From NCBI GenBank assembly GCA_034669905.1, contig JAXMOL010000021.1, forward strand, positions 58,315-122,314: 64,000 bases of DNA, written 5' to 3'. The translations under genes and the position numbers were made by a program. The notes below the pieces were generated by a model. It searched no databases. It worked only from the letters and a program-made list of their open reading frames with translations, and was not told the DNA's origin. The first letter of the stretch is position 1; every line of letters starts with the position of its first letter. This stretch comes from Candidatus Hydrogenedentota bacterium. Its GTDB lineage: Bacteria; Hydrogenedentota; Hydrogenedentia; Hydrogenedentales; JAEUWI01. Shown one piece after another: positions 28,027 to 37,847 of this stretch.

Positions 28027-31000
28027 CTAACCTCGGGTAATGGTTTCATCCAGATTCAACACGGCCCGGCTGATAAGGGTCCAGAGGGCCTGTTCGACCT
28101 GTTGCTCGGTGTCCGTCGTCTCACCGCCCGCACTCAATGCCTGAAGCAGTTCGGGCGTCTGTGCCCGAAGGAGGGTGCGTTGCGTCGTGAGATAGTCCAT
28201 CATGGCGTCCCGTTCCACCTCATCGGGGGTGCGTGCAAGACACCGGAGAAACAAGGTTTCGATGCGCTGTGCGTCATCCTGTGGGACCTCTTGAAGCAGA
28301 GTCGCGGCCATGCGCCGGGCGGCCTCCATAAAGACCTCGTCGTTCAACAGGGTGAGGGCTTGCATGGGAGTGTTGGTGCGAAGGCGTCGCACACAGACCA
28401 TGTCCCGTGCCGGCGCGTCGAATACCGCAGCGGTCGGGTAGGGCAGCATACGCTTCCAATAGGTGTACATCCCCCGACGGTGTCGGTCGGCACCTGTGTC
28501 GGTCTTCCACTGGAAGCCCCCATAGACAAACTGAAGCAGGCCATCGGGTAAGGGGGGAAACACGCTGGGCCCCCCAACGGAGGTATCCAGCGAACCACTG
28601 GAGGCCAGGGCGATGTCGCGCACCAGCTCGGCATCGACCCGGAAACGGGGAGCCCGGGCGAGATAGACGTTGGTGGGATCCAGGGTCTGGTGCTCGGCGG
28701 TAATTCGTGCCGATTGGCGATAGGTGTTGGAGGTGACGATGAGGCGCACCATGTCCCGCGTGCTCCAGCCCCGACGCATGAACTCGACGGCGAGCCAGTC
28801 GAGCAATTCCGGGTGGCTGGGTGCTTCGCCCATGATGCCAAAGTCTTCGGTGGTGTTCACGATGCCCCGGCCAAATAGCTGCTGCCAGAGGCGGTTCATC
28901 GTGACGCGGGCTGTCAGGGGATTCTCTTCGCTCACCAGCCACTTCGCCAGGGTCAGGCGATTGCGTGGGGCAAACTCGGGCAGGGGGGGCAGGACCGCCG
29001 GCACGTCGGGTTTCACGGCCGCCCGGGTTTCGAGGAACTCACCCCGGTGGTGGATGTGGCTCGTGCGCACCCGTTCCCGCTCTACCAGGGCCAGCGTCGT
29101 GGGCTGTTGGGGACGGGATTTCTCAAGCTGTTCGATTTCCTGCTGGATCTCGGCCAGGAGCGGTGTGTGGGCCAGGAAATAGTGCTCGAGGGTCTCCCGT
29201 TCCGATGGCGTGTGAGTCGTTTGGAGGAGGAGCCGTTCAATGGGGGCTGGCACGCCCGAGGCCATAGGGGCCGGGTCGTTGGTCACCGAGAGGCGGAAGC
29301 GCCCGAGGGTGTGTTGGTGGATGTATTTCTGTTCCAGGGTGACATGAAACTGGGTGCCGCTGGGGAAACCGATGGGCGACGCGAAGGGGTAGACCGCCGC
29401 ATGGGCCTTTCCCTCGCCCCCGTGGATAGACCAGCCCGTATCGGCTTTGCCATCGAGAGATTGGGCCGCCGTCTTGTCGCCGTTGGCGAAGCTCTCGGTG
29501 GCGCCGGTGAGGGAGACTGGAATCTTCGTGGCAGGGTCGTTCCAGGGGGATGCGGTTATCTTGATGCCTGTAAGCAAAAAGTCACCTTCCGAGAGGATAA
29601 CGCCCCGTCCCGGACCGTTTCCGGGCAGGCTTTCATGGGGGAGTACTTCGAGTCGGAGTCCGGTAATGCCCTCCACATCGGTGCGGAGACTCAGGTCGTA
29701 AATATCGTTGTTGGGCAAGTCGCCGGTGGCGAGGATGGAATCGTCGGGAAGTCGGACCAGGGTTGTGTGTTTTTGGGCCGTCATCTCCAGGGGGGTGAGG
29801 GGCTGCCAATCCTGGCTTTTGGTCGCCACGTCTGCGGCCCACGCCTCAAATTGTTCCGAGAAATAGGCGGCCCGCCGGGTGGCTTCGGGTACGGTAGAAT
29901 CGGGCACCTGGCGCGTCAATCGTTCCAAGCGCACGTTGCCGAGGGTATGCTGGTTACCAAACTGTTGCACCAGATGGATTTCGATGGGCTGGGCTTCGGC
30001 GAGTTCCAAGGGGTGTTCAAAGTAGAAGACGGCACGTCGGTCTCGCTGCACACCTTCCGGATCGCCTGCGATACCCCAGCCCGTGTCCATTTTCCCGTCT
30101 ATTGCAGCACTGATGGGGTAGTTTTCCTGGGAGAAATCTGCCTCGGCGTGGGCGAAGCGCAGGCTGCTGCGGGTGTCGCCATCGAGGCGATAGCCGGTGA
30201 ATTCACTTAAGACGAAATTACCATGGGCCGAGCGGCCCGGGCCCGAGTCGCCCTTCAGGACGTGGAGGACTAGGCCATCCACCCGCCCGGCGGGCAAGGT
30301 GATCTGAAGGATGTAGGTGTTCTTTTCTGCATCGGCGGCCTGAACGTCTACCACACCATTTTCCAGAATCGGGAGCGTGCCCCCGGTCTCTGCGCGGGCC
30401 ACATTGGGTGTCAGGGGCGTTGATTGGTTCTCCGGCGGCCCGGCGGGAAAACGGTCTCGCAAGGAAGCGCGAAGGGCGTCGATACGCGCTTGGTGGGCCT
30501 CCTGCTTCGCCGTGATGACCGGGTCAGGCACTTCAAGGGTGATGTCATCGGTATTGTTGAAGAAGGCAAAGAACTGGAAGTATTCCCGCTGGGTGATGGG
30601 ATCATATTTGTGGGTGTGGCACTGGGCACAGCTGAAGGTCAATCCCAAGAGGGCCGTGGCGGTTGTATTGGCCCGGTCCACCACGTTTTTGTAGCGGAAT
30701 TCCTCCACATCGATGCCACCTTCTTCGTTGAGCATGACGTTGCGGTGAAATCCCGTGGCAATGCGCTGGGACAAGGTGGGGGACGGCAACATGTCGCCCG
30801 CGATTTGTTCGATGACGAAGCGGTCGAACGGCATGTCATCATTAAAGGCATCGATGACCCAGTCGCGGTAGGGCCAGATACTTCTCGGTCGATCTTTTTC
30901 GTAACCGTTGGTGTCGGCGTAGCGGGCTGCATCCAGCCATGTGATGGCCTGCCGTTCGCCGTAATGGGGTGAGTCGAGAAAGGAATCTACCAGGGCTTCA

Positions 31001-31722
31001 TAGGCGTCGGGCCGGGTATCCGCGATAAAGTTACGCACTTCCTCGGGCGTCGGGGGCAGTCCCCGCAGATCGAGGCTGAGACGCCGAATGAGGGTGTGGC
31101 GGTCGGCTTCGGGAGAAGGACTCAGACCGTTCTCCGCCATGCGCTGGAACACGAAGGCGTCGATGGGATTGGCCACCCAGGAATCGTCCGGGAGTGTTGG
31201 CGGCGCTTTGGGCTTTGGCGTTTCGAAGGACCAGAAGGTGGGCGCTTCGGTTTTCCGGGTGGGGTCGGCTTGGGTGCCGTAGGGGGCACCGGCTTCGATC
31301 CAAGTGCTTAGTGTTTCGATGGCTTCCTTCGGAAGGGCGGGACCCTTCGGGGGCATTCGCAGGGCGTCATCCTCGGAGAGAATGCGGTGCAGAAAGGGGA
31401 TGTGTCCTTCTGCATCCTTGATGAACGGCGAGGCCCCCGCGTCGCCCCCCAGGTGGGCATCGTCCCCATTGCTGAGGCGTAAGCCGCCCTTTCGTTTCGT
31501 GGGGCCATGGCACTCAAAACAATGGGCCTCCAGCAGGGGTGCTATCTGGGCCTGGAAATCAACGGATTCACCGATCGCGGCACCAGGTGTGAGCAGCAGT
31601 AGTAGTGCGGTAACGCTCAGAATCCGGTCTCGTGCACTGCAATTCAAACTCCTACCTCCAAGGTGGGCTGTGGGGTGCAACCGTTGCGCACCCCGCGCCA
31701 TCCAGAATAGCAGATTTCCCAT
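28027..31722 (-). CDS. Planctomycete cytochrome c + DUF1549 + DUF1553 (PSD1/PSCyt) protein
   Basis: CFECHG heme motif; [75 protein letters not shown]. Confidence 0.92.
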   Translation of the reverse strand: MGNLLFWMARGAQRLHPTAHLGGRSLNCSARDRILSVTALLLLLTPGAAIGESVDFQAQIAPLLEAHCFECHGPTKRKGGLRLSNGDDAHLGGDAGASPFIKDAEGHIPFLHRILSEDDALRMPPKGPALPKEAIETLSTWIEAGAPYGTQADPTRKTEAPTFWSFETPKPKAPPTLPDDSWVANPIDAFVFQRMAENGLSPSPEADRHTLIRRLSLDLRGLPPTPEEVRNFIADTRPDAYEALVDSFLDSPHYGERQAITWLDAARYADTNGYEKDRPRSIWPYRDWVIDAFNDDMPFDRFVIEQIAGDMLPSPTLSQRIATGFHRNVMLNEEGGIDVEEFRYKNVVDRANTTATALLGLTFSCAQCHTHKYDPITQREYFQFFAFFNNTDDITLEVPDPVITAKQEAHQARIDALRASLRDRFPAGPPENQSTPLTPNVARAETGGTLPILENGVVDVQAADAEKNTYILQITLPAGRVDGLVLHVLKGDSGPGRSAHGNFVLSEFTGYRLDGDTRSSLRFAHAEADFSQENYPISAAIDGKMDTGWGIAGDPEGVQRDRRAVFYFEHPLELAEAQPIEIHLVQQFGNQHTLGNVRLERLTRQVPDSTVPEATRRAAYFSEQFEAWAADVATKSQDWQPLTPLEMTAQKHTTLVRLPDDSILATGDLPNNDIYDLSLRTDVEGITGLRLEVLPHESLPGNGPGRGVILSEGDFLLTGIKITASPWNDPATKIPVSLTGATESFANGDKTAAQSLDGKADTGWSIHGGEGKAHAAVYPFASPIGFPSGTQFHVTLEQKYIHQHTLGRFRLSVTNDPAPMASGVPAPIERLLLQTTHTPSERETLEHYFLAHTPLLAEIQQEIEQLEKSRPQQPTTLALVERERVRTSHIHHRGEFLETRAAVKPDVPAVLPPLPEFAPRNRLTLAKWLVSEENPLTARVTMNRLWQQLFGRGIVNTTEDFGIMGEAPSHPELLDWLAVEFMRRGWSTRDMVRLIVTSNTYRQSARITAEHQTLDPTNVYLARAPRFRVDAELVRDIALASSGSLDTSVGGPSVFPPLPDGLLQFVYGGFQWKTDTGADRHRRGMYTYWKRMLPYPTAAVFDAPARDMVCVRRLRTNTPMQALTLLNDEVFMEAARRMAATLLQEVPQDDAQRIETLFLRCLARTPDEVERDAMMDYLTTQRTLLRAQTPELLQALSAGGETTDTEQQVEQALWTLISRAVLNLDETITRG

Positions 31723-31965
31723 CGAGAGTCCCAATCGCAGTCCACGACGATCTCATGAAAAAGCGTAACGAATGGAGACAGATTTCGCGTCGCGCGATCT
31801 TCACCACACGAGTCGAAAGGACGTTGCTGGGGTTCGTTTGCTTGGAGCACAGGGGCGCTGAGCGGTTAAGGGATTGCCCGGGACGCGCGCCCGAGTTGAA
31901 TCAGGATACGTTTAATGCAGTGGCCCTGAATCGCGCGCAGTGCTTCTCGGCGCCGCGAAGGGACC

Positions 31966-32002
31966 AAAAATAAAAAACGCTGCGCGCGAAATGCGGGCAG
32001 CG
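31966..32002 (-). terminator. Intrinsic terminator of the small peptide gene
   Basis: Stem cgctgc...gcagcg followed on the minus strand by TTTTTTATTTTT. Confidence 0.7.
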
Positions 32003-32027
32003 GTAGGTGCAAGACGGCTCTTCGGAA

Positions 32028-32135
32028 CTAGAGGTTGACCCCGAAGAAGCTCAGGAAGACAATGAGTGCTTCGAAGATGTTGATGAATTGCGTGATCTCT
32101 GCGATGAAGGCCAGCAGTTGGTCGAGTACAGTCAT
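32028..32135 (-). CDS. Unannotated 35-aa hydrophobic/amphipathic peptide MTVLDQLLAFIAEITQFINIFEALIVFLSFFGVNL
   Basis: AAGGAG RBS, ATG...TAG, mostly GC-ending codons, dedicated downstream terminator; below the ORF-track size cutoff. Confidence 0.7.
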   Translation of the reverse strand: MTVLDQLLAFIAEITQFINIFEALIVFLSFFGVNL

Positions 32136-32465
32136 GGTAAATCAAGGCTCCTTGTTAGCGTAATGTGGGTTGCAGGGGACACCCGCTCGCTGGGTCCACC
32201 TGTTAAGACTACGGACGGAACACCGTGGGCATCAAACGAGGCCCTATGGTACCAGTCCCCCGTAGTAGATTTCACTACCGATGTGCACGGCCGCAGTCGT
32301 CGTGGCGGGCGGTGTGAGCGGTAACACCGACGTTGTCCGCTGGCGGACGCTTGAAGCGGCGAGGCGTTCCAGGTTTCTCAGGGGGGGGGGCTGGAACCGG
32401 TTGTGCGCCCCTTGCTATCCTCCTGTAGTTTTACCAAATCAAGGGCGAGGAGTCTTTACCCTGCT

Positions 32466-33257
32466 ATGAAGCGATTTCAACTGGTTGAGCTGGAGGACCT
32501 GCCATGGTTCCCCAGGCATCTTCGTGATTACATTACAGATTTTCTTCGTTTTGTGGTGGGGCAGATGGATTTCTACGCCGCCATTCCTTCGTTGGTGCTC
32601 CGTGGGCTTGGGAAGGGGCCATCGTCGCAGATTGTTGATCTCGCATCTGGCGGCGGCGGGGGATGGCCATCTCTGATAGCGCGGGTGCGCGAGCTCCGTC
32701 CAGACGCTTCCGTAATTCTTACGGATCGCTATCCGAATCTTCGGGCTTTCGAGCAACTGACGGCCCAGGCCATCCCAGGTCTGGCGTGTTGTCGAGACGC
32801 TGTCTCCGCGACGGCCGTCCCCGCTGACATGAAAGGCATGCGGACGCTGTTTCTCTCTTTTCACCACTTTTCGCCTGAATTGGCGCAGGGTATCCTGCAG
32901 GACGCGGTAACGAGGGGCGAGGCAATTCTGATTGTGGAGATACAAACCCGTAGCCTCGGCGATTTCATGAAGCACCTGTTGTCTCCGTTGCTTGTATTGA
33001 TTGTCACACCTTTTATTCGCCCCTTTCGTCTGGGACGTCTTTTTTACACCTACGTGGTGCCCCTGTTGCCCCTGGTGCTCTGGTGGGACGGCGTGGTATC
33101 GGTGTTGCGAAGCTATCGCGTGGACGAGTTGGAAGCAATGGTGGGCCGACTGGAAGGTGGGGAGCACTATGCCTGGGAGATGGACAGGGACGATTCCGGG
33201 AGGGCGCCGGTGCATTATTTGTTGGGTGTGCCCCAAGGGCGGGATGGCGCTGCGTAA
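32466..33257 (+). CDS. Class I SAM-dependent methyltransferase-like protein
   Basis: MKRFQLVELEDLPWFP, IVDLASGGGG, LTDRYPN, SFHHF, WDGVVSVLRSY. Confidence 0.75.
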   Translation: MKRFQLVELEDLPWFPRHLRDYITDFLRFVVGQMDFYAAIPSLVLRGLGKGPSSQIVDLASGGGGGWPSLIARVRELRPDASVILTDRYPNLRAFEQLTAQAIPGLACCRDAVSATAVPADMKGMRTLFLSFHHFSPELAQGILQDAVTRGEAILIVEIQTRSLGDFMKHLLSPLLVLIVTPFIRPFRLGRLFYTYVVPLLPLVLWWDGVVSVLRSYRVDELEAMVGRLEGGEHYAWEMDRDDSGRAPVHYLLGVPQGRDGAA

Positions 33258-33483
33258 CGGTCACGCGATTGCTCCAGGGGGTGTATCGACGCGTCCCCGT
33301 TCTTGCGGCGGGTGGGGACGGCGCGGCATCCGACCGTCTGTACCATATAGACGCCTTCCCCGTATATTGCCGGCGGGCCGTTAGTGCTCCATAGCCTGGT
33401 CGTTCTTGTACTGTGTCGGCGGGCCGTTAGCGCCTTCTGGTGGAGCCTCGGCTATTTTTTTGGGGGCTTACTGCAAAAAGAAA

Positions 33484-33515
33484 AACCGCGATAAGACCGA
33501 AGTCTTATCGCGGTT
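33484..33515 (-). terminator. Intrinsic terminator
   Basis: Perfect 14-bp stem aaccgcgataagac-cgaa-gtcttatcgcggtt, with an A-tract on its left (U-tract on the minus strand). Confidence 0.8.
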
Positions 33516-33534
33516 GGATGTTACTGGAGGGATA

Positions 33535-35277
33535 TTACAGGGAGCTGAAGGCTTTCTGGAAGCCCGTTTCACCTTCCATGGCGACCTGACGTTCGGCGAG
33601 GGCCTGGATTTTTTCTTCAAAGCCTTCCACGCGGCTGGCGACGATCTTGTTCTCGATCTCCGTCTTCGCGGCGGGGGAGAGGTCTTCCATGAAGCCCCAG
33701 GCGGGATCTTCGCCCGTACCCTGGTTGGTGAATACGCCGATGTTCTTACCGTCGAAGGTGCGGTAGCTGACGCTGTGGTTGCCGTTCATGACGCATTCGG
33801 CCCACTTCGTTACGCGGGAACCGTAGGAGTCAATGACAGGAATCTTGCTGTAGAAGTATTCCTGCGACTGGGAGATGGCCAGTTCTTTCAGGTAGAGGCT
33901 CGTGTAGGCTTCCTGCAGGGCAGGGGCAACCCACTTGGCACCCGCTACCTGATCGCGCAGGGATTCTACGGCCGCGATGCGGGCATTGCGGTCATACTTC
34001 TCCGGGGTCAGGGGAAGACCTTCCTTGATCTGAATGTAGAGGCGATCCACCGCGTGTCCCAAGGCTTCCTTGGTGGCGGCCCGGCGGGCGTCGGCATCTT
34101 CAAGCTGTCCAACCTGATTGGTCAGTCGCTCAACTTCGGCCGAGAGACCGCGCTGACGGGCTTCCGTGATGGAGAACTGATTGTTAAGCGTTTCGAACTC
34201 TTCGTTCCGCGCAACAAACAGGTCGTTCTTTTCGGAAAGCTCGGATTCGGTCCGCTGGAGAGCCGCTGTCTTTTCGGAAAGCTGAGACTCCGTTGCAGCA
34301 AGTTCCGCTGCCGCTGCCTGAACATCGGTCTTCAGCTGCTCGAGCGCTTCGGGAGAGATGTCCTGAGCGACATCCGGGTTGATATCCCGGTAGGTCTCGA
34401 GTTCACGTTCCAGTTTGCTGACCTGACCATTCAAGCGGGTGACACTGGACTCTGCTTCGGCAAGTTTTTCCTTACTGGGATTCGGGAGGAATCCGAGCAT
34501 GTCGGCGGCGTAGGGGCCGGCCACAATACCGATAATCAGGGCAATCACGGCCGCGATGACCAATGCGAGGGGGCTACCGCCTTTACCACCGGAAGGCTCG
34601 GAAGCCGCCGGCATGCCGCCCATAGGCGCCCGCATGTCGGTGTCGGGGGAGAAGTCGGGTGCCGGGGTGCCCGCTGCGAAGGAAGGCGCAGCGCCTCCAC
34701 CGCCGAAGGCGCCCGCATCAAAGCCGGGCTGGTCGCCGCCGCCCTGACCAAACATGGGGGTTTCCATGGCCTGGGTCGGAGCACCGGTACCCGTGCCGCT
34801 ACCAAAACCGGAACCGCTTCCGCCACCAAAGGCGCTGTCAAACATGGGGGTGTCCACGTTCGAGTCGGGTCCCGGTCCAATTTCGGGGGTTTCGGGTGAG
34901 AAGTCGCTGTCGGCGGCCAGATCCTGGAATCCGGAGCCCACAGGACTCATGCCTTCGCTCGGCGTATGTCCGGCGGGCGTATCGATGCCGGGCGTGCCTG
35001 AGGAGAAGGTGTCGGTGACCGCGCTGTCAAAGCCGGGGGGCTTTGGTTTCACGTTGCCGCCGGTGGGCTGGGGTGTTTCCACCTGGATGTCGCTGATGGG
35101 GGGCAGGCCCGCGGAATCGGATGGCGTGCCACCCGAATCAAAATTACCTAATGGAGGCAAGCCACCATCGGAGTCCATGCCACCCGAATCGAAATCACTC
35201 AAGGGCGGTAGATTGCCCAAACCGGAATCGCCTGGAGTATCTAGATTGTCTTCGGGTTCGTTTTTGTCTTCAGCCAT
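33535..35277 (-). CDS. Hypothetical bitopic protein: acidic Pro/Gly-rich disordered N-terminus, TM, coiled coil, C-terminal globular domain
   Basis: 580-aa ORF with repeated LPPLxxFDSGG and TPMF motifs; TM LALVIAAVIALIIGIVAG; heptad-rich segment; own promoter and terminator. Confidence 0.8.
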   Translation of the reverse strand: MAEDKNEPEDNLDTPGDSGLGNLPPLSDFDSGGMDSDGGLPPLGNFDSGGTPSDSAGLPPISDIQVETPQPTGGNVKPKPPGFDSAVTDTFSSGTPGIDTPAGHTPSEGMSPVGSGFQDLAADSDFSPETPEIGPGPDSNVDTPMFDSAFGGGSGSGFGSGTGTGAPTQAMETPMFGQGGGDQPGFDAGAFGGGGAAPSFAAGTPAPDFSPDTDMRAPMGGMPAASEPSGGKGGSPLALVIAAVIALIIGIVAGPYAADMLGFLPNPSKEKLAEAESSVTRLNGQVSKLERELETYRDINPDVAQDISPEALEQLKTDVQAAAAELAATESQLSEKTAALQRTESELSEKNDLFVARNEEFETLNNQFSITEARQRGLSAEVERLTNQVGQLEDADARRAATKEALGHAVDRLYIQIKEGLPLTPEKYDRNARIAAVESLRDQVAGAKWVAPALQEAYTSLYLKELAISQSQEYFYSKIPVIDSYGSRVTKWAECVMNGNHSVSYRTFDGKNIGVFTNQGTGEDPAWGFMEDLSPAAKTEIENKIVASRVEGFEEKIQALAERQVAMEGETGFQKAFSSL

Positions 35278-35342
35278 GGAAGCCAGTCTCCGTAACTAGT
35301 TTGAATATAACTGTACTACGCCGGTGCGTAATCATCTGGGGC

Positions 35343-35371
35343 ATTCTAGCATGGGCCGGGCAGGGTGTCAA
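35343..35371 (-). promoter_or_regulatory. Near-consensus sigma70 promoter
   Basis: TTGACA-17-TAGAAT with an extended TG, on the minus strand. Confidence 0.7.
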
Positions 35372-35517
35372 GAAAACTCCCAGCTCATTTTTCTTTTTTT
35401 TTGAGGGCCCGAAGTCGACTAACTGCAGGCCCAATTTATAGTTAGAATTTTTCCCCTTTCGGGGGTGATTCCTTGGAATGAGGTTCTAATACTGCGATTA
35501 CGTCGTTAATAAGCGGG

Positions 35518-35934
35518 CTAATCCAGCCGAACGCCAATGGTCAGCAGGAGATTGGCGTAAATCCGTTGTTCCCCCGTCACGATGCAGACACAGGTATCCG
35601 GACCCGACGCCGCGTCATAAAAGGCGTATCGGTCCAGGGGAGAAAGGCTCAATTCCGGGAGCCGGTCGCGAAACTCGGAAAAAATGGGGGGCTCGGAGCC
35701 ATCATCGGGCACCATGACATGGGCCGCTTCCACCGGGATGGCGGTGGTCAGGGTTTCGAGCACATCGGTGACGGTGGGAAGGCCGGGCCGCAAATTGAGG
35801 TATACCAACTCGCTGTTCTCACCACACTTGGTGCTCGCCGGGTAATTGCCGTCGGCAATCAGGATGCGGGAGCCGTGGCCCGCCGCGCCAATGGCTTCCA
35901 GGAGTGTGGGATGAATCAAAGTATGCTGCAGCAT
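35518..35934 (-). CDS. RbsD/FucU family sugar mutarotase
   Basis: LIHPTLLEAIGAAGHGSRILIADGNYP, RYAFY, TGEQRIYANLLLTIGV. Confidence 0.9.
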   Translation of the reverse strand: MLQHTLIHPTLLEAIGAAGHGSRILIADGNYPASTKCGENSELVYLNLRPGLPTVTDVLETLTTAIPVEAAHVMVPDDGSEPPIFSEFRDRLPELSLSPLDRYAFYDAASGPDTCVCIVTGEQRIYANLLLTIGVRLD

Positions 35935-35977
35935 AGGTCGTACTCTTTCGTTTGGTTTGGATTTCTCGTGGCCATCC

Positions 35978-37669
35978 CTACCGACGTACTCCAAAGGGCA
36001 AGGGTTCCCCGCGAAGGATGGCACCGCTTCGGCTGGCAATGCTGGGATCCAGCGTATTCGCCTGTTGAAAAGCCTGGTTGGCCCGTCCGTAATCTCCGAG
36101 GGCCAGGTAGCACTCGCCCAATCCCAAAGCGGCCTGGGCGGCATCACTCTTAAAATTCGGTTGCTGGGCAAGTCCCGTCAGACGACCAAAATGGGGGATG
36201 GCCTTCTGGTACTCGCCCTGTCGCAGCAAGACTTCCGCGAGGGAAAGGCGAATCGGTATTTCTTCGGGAAGCATACCGTCTTCCGGGTTGTCGTAGCGCG
36301 CGAGCACTTCTTCATAGTGACGTCGCGCACCGGCGAGGTTCCCCTCGAGGTAGTCATAGGTCGTGGCCAGGTTGGTGTGCACGCGAATCGTATCCGGGTT
36401 TTCGGCGAGGGTCGCGCGGAAAATGGCCTCGTTTGATTGCCAGTCCTGATTCCGCACGATCGTGCTGTGGAGAAAGACGACGGCGAGCAGGGTCGCCAGG
36501 GCGGGCACGAGCAGGCGCAGCTTGACGGTCTTCGACAGGAGCAGCAGCAATTCCAGGATCGCCCACCAGAAGCCAGCCATGGGGACATACATCCAGTGTT
36601 CGGCCATGGGGGCATTCAAGGGGAAAATACCGGAGATGGGCAACCATGCTGCGAGAAACCAAGCCAGGCCCAGGGCGATCCGGTACTGCGCTTTGCGATA
36701 ACTTAAGACGATTAGGCCGAGAACCAGCGCGAGGGCCAGCAGCCCGAGTGCGGCCGTCCAAACCGGGACGCCTACCAGGGTCTGCTCCATATGAAGGCCG
36801 GAGGGAATGAAGAGGGTCTTGATGTAAAAGGCAAAGGCCTGGCAGGTTTCCACCAGCCGTTGCCCCAAACCGGCCCCCGTGCTTCCGCCCCCTTCTGCAA
36901 ACTTGAGCACCGTCGCGCGCAGGGCGCCATAACCCACAAGCAGGGCCACAGCGACCGCCAGGGGGAGGCTACGGGCCTTCCAATCCGCCCGTGTGGGGGC
37001 ACTGCCATCTTCTCTGGGCGCCAGGGCAATGACCAACGCGAGGAGCACGGGATAGATCATGGTCGATTCTTTGCTGCACAGGCCGAGCACAAAAAAGACA
37101 CCACTTGCGACGAGTCCCGGGGTTTTCCACCTTGCCCCCACCGGAATGGTGGCGCAAAGGAGTGCGGCGAGTATGAAGGTGGCGGACATCATGTCGGCCC
37201 GACCGCTGATATAGGCGACCGCTTCAGTATGCATCGGGTGGAGCACGTAAAGCAGGGGGGTGACGGCCTGAATCATACGCGGTGCCTGGAGGCGCACCAG
37301 GAGAAAGAACAAGAGGATGGCGGCGGCGAGGTGCCACAGTAGATTACTCAGATGAAATGCGAAGGGCTTTACGTCGGGGTAGCCCTTGGCTTCACTGCCG
37401 TCGAGGGTCGGGCTGTAGGAAAGCCAGAAATCGACCATGAAACTGACCGAAACCAGCGGGCGGTAAAAGTTGCCCTGGCCCCGTCCAAAGGCGTGCTGGT
37501 CTTCCTGGAAGAGTTGAAAGAACTGGCCGGGGTCGTGCACGTTCTGGTGGAGCAGCACGGAGGAGACGTCGTCCCAGACCCAGTCACCGGCAAAGGTGTT
37601 GGCGTAGGTCAGAAATCCCAGCAAGGCGGTGGCGCTTACAATAACCGCAGCGAATTGATTTTTGCTCAT
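35978..37669 (-). CDS. TMTC-like GT-C membrane glycosyltransferase with C-terminal TPRs
   Basis: YANT...WVWDD, FYRPLVSVSF, FHLSNLLWH, HPMHTEAVAYISGRAD, SKES, MAEHWMYVP, RNQDWQS, TPR tail. Confidence 0.85.
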   Translation of the reverse strand: MSKNQFAAVIVSATALLGFLTYANTFAGDWVWDDVSSVLLHQNVHDPGQFFQLFQEDQHAFGRGQGNFYRPLVSVSFMVDFWLSYSPTLDGSEAKGYPDVKPFAFHLSNLLWHLAAAILLFFLLVRLQAPRMIQAVTPLLYVLHPMHTEAVAYISGRADMMSATFILAALLCATIPVGARWKTPGLVASGVFFVLGLCSKESTMIYPVLLALVIALAPREDGSAPTRADWKARSLPLAVAVALLVGYGALRATVLKFAEGGGSTGAGLGQRLVETCQAFAFYIKTLFIPSGLHMEQTLVGVPVWTAALGLLALALVLGLIVLSYRKAQYRIALGLAWFLAAWLPISGIFPLNAPMAEHWMYVPMAGFWWAILELLLLLSKTVKLRLLVPALATLLAVVFLHSTIVRNQDWQSNEAIFRATLAENPDTIRVHTNLATTYDYLEGNLAGARRHYEEVLARYDNPEDGMLPEEIPIRLSLAEVLLRQGEYQKAIPHFGRLTGLAQQPNFKSDAAQAALGLGECYLALGDYGRANQAFQQANTLDPSIASRSGAILRGEPLPFGVRR

Positions 37670-37771
37670 GTAATCCTCAACAACACGGCACCTCCCCAAG
37701 GGAGGGGTGCCCGATGATACGATCCGTTTCCTGTTCGTCAAGGGTACGGTTGACCGGGGGGGGGATGCAAG

Positions 37772-37802
37772 AAAAAAAGCTGGACTCCGTGGGGAGTCCA
37801 GC
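37772..37802 (-). terminator. Intrinsic terminator after the lipoprotein gene
   Basis: gctggactcc-gtgg-ggagtccagc next to an A-tract. Confidence 0.75.
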
Positions 37803-37847
37803 CTGGAATGTTGTGCGGTGCGGATTCCGTAGCGGAATCAACCGAGC

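Noticed and set aside
32200..32290. Resemblance of the leader to SAM-I (gggactgg) or c-di-GMP-I (GAAA hairpin) riboswitches
   Set aside because: The required conserved elements (AUCxAGAG and GCAAC in context; GCAAA/CGCAAA) are not present, so no known family is called
32007..32324. 105-aa acidic plus-strand ORF
   Set aside because: No RBS; the opposite-strand 35-aa ORF has both an RBS and a correctly oriented terminator
33371..33430. Two copies of cggcgggccgttag 46 bp apart, considered as a mini-CRISPR
   Set aside because: Only two 14-bp copies and no cas genes; at most a local duplication or binding site
33406..34899. 497-aa plus-strand ORF
   Set aside because: Antisense shadow of the 580-aa gene, which has its own promoter, terminator and coherent architecture
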